Assembly (NCBI RefSeq): GCF_009914755.1
Contig: NC_060936.1
DNA from: the human T2T-CHM13v2.0 reference genome, Homo sapiens
Direction: 5' to 3' (one strand)
DNA length: 64,000 bases
Shown here: one piece after another, positions 63,557-64,000 of the stretch
Layout of the letters: each line of letters begins with the position of its first letter
Position numbering within the stretch: position 1 is the first letter of the stretch
Translations under genes and position numbers: made by a program
The notes under the pieces: generated by a model
Told to the model about the DNA's origin: nothing
Databases searched by the model: none
The model's input: only the letters and a program-made list of their open reading frames with translations

Positions 63557-64000
63557 TCCCGTTTCCAACGAAGGCCTCAAAGAGGTCCAAATATCTGCTT
63601 GCAGACTTTACAGACAGAGTGTTTCCAAACTGCTCCATCAAAAGAAAGGTTAAACTCCTTGCGTTGAACACACACATCACAAAGTAGTTTCTGTGAATGA
63701 TTCTGTCTAGTTTTTATACGAAGATGTTTCCTTTTCTACCTTTGGTCTGAAAGCGATTGAAATCTCCACATGGAAACTCCACAAAAAGAGTGTTTCAAAT
63801 CCGCTCTTTCGGAAGGAAGGTTCAACTCTGTGAGTTGAATACACACACCACAAATAAGTTACTGAGAATTCTTCTGTGTAACATTATATGAGGAAATCCC
63901 GTTTCCAACGAAGGCCTCAAAGAGGTCCAAATATCCACTTGCAGACTTTACAAAGACAGTGTCTCCAAACTCCTCCATCGAAAGAATGGTTATACTCTGT

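Larger units (their letters stand above)
1..64000 (-). repeat. Centromeric alpha-satellite HOR array (dimeric, SF1-like; homogeneous 'live'-type HOR)
   Basis: Continuous ~170-bp monomer and ~340-bp dimer periodicity. Alphoid motifs (TGTGAGTTGAA, GATTCTGTCTAG, TTGCAGAC, CAAAAGAAAGGTT) recur throughout, with a CENP-B box in every second monomer. HOR copies differ by only scattered SNVs, and orientation is constant. Confidence 0.99.
1..64000. other. Probable identity: human chromosome 12 centromeric array D12Z3 (S1C12H1L, 8-mer)
   Basis: The dimer resembles recalled SF1 J1/J2 sequence (GTTACTGAGAATTCTTCTG...; TTCTGTCTAGTTTTTATACGAAGAT...). The 8-mer is ~1.36 kb with single HindIII (AAGCTT, dimer C) and PvuII (CAGCTG, dimer D) sites, and no regular RsaI site. 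This rests on recall, not alignment; D10Z1 and other 8-mer arrays are not excluded. Confidence 0.6.

Noticed and set aside
39-64000. Regularly spaced conserved motif GAAATCCCGTTTCCAACGAAGG resembling a CRISPR direct repeat
   Set aside because: The intervening ~320-bp sequences are themselves repeats rather than unique spacers, there are no cas genes, and the motif is the CENP-B box.
1-64000. Transposon insertion, inversion or non-alphoid island
   Set aside because: No poly-A tail, Alu/L1 sequence, strand switch or break in the ~340-bp phase was seen by eye. The most divergent segment (16440-16535) is still alphoid.
1-64000. Assignment to SF2 arrays with 8/12-mers such as D18Z1, or to D10Z1
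   Set aside because: Monomer motifs look SF1-like and there is no regular RsaI site. This is disfavoured from recall only; HMM classification is needed to settle it.

Overview
The whole 64 kb is one uninterrupted, head-to-tail primate centromeric alpha-satellite array of ~170-bp monomers. Monomers pair into ~340-bp dimers, each with one CENP-B box on the minus strand (+ strand TCCCGTTTCCAACGAAG). I saw no genes, RNA genes, L1/Alu insertions or inversions. Four dimer types, here called A, B, C and D and delimited at the CENP-B box, form a canonical ~1359-bp 8-mer higher-order repeat (HOR), ABCD. It has EcoRI every ~680 bp and one HindIII, one XbaI and one PvuII site per HOR. The sequence resembles suprachromosomal family 1 (J1/J2); my best guess, from recall rather than alignment, is human chr12 D12Z3. 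The array is structurally very heterogeneous. It contains a 12-mer domain (ABA'BCD, 2038 bp) at the left, plus 4-mer (CD), 10-mer (ABB'CD) and 14-mer variants, several chimeric dimers, and multi-kb duplications at offsets of 6113, 7474, 6796, 11207, 14944 and 21059 bp. Other notable points are a haplotype with a predicted non-binding CENP-B box present in 8 copies and a strongly diverged patch present twice. The four supplied ORFs are artefacts of stop-codon SNVs in the repeat. I find no new protein-coding system; the interest is in the repeat architecture. Coordinates were read by eye and may be off by a few bp.
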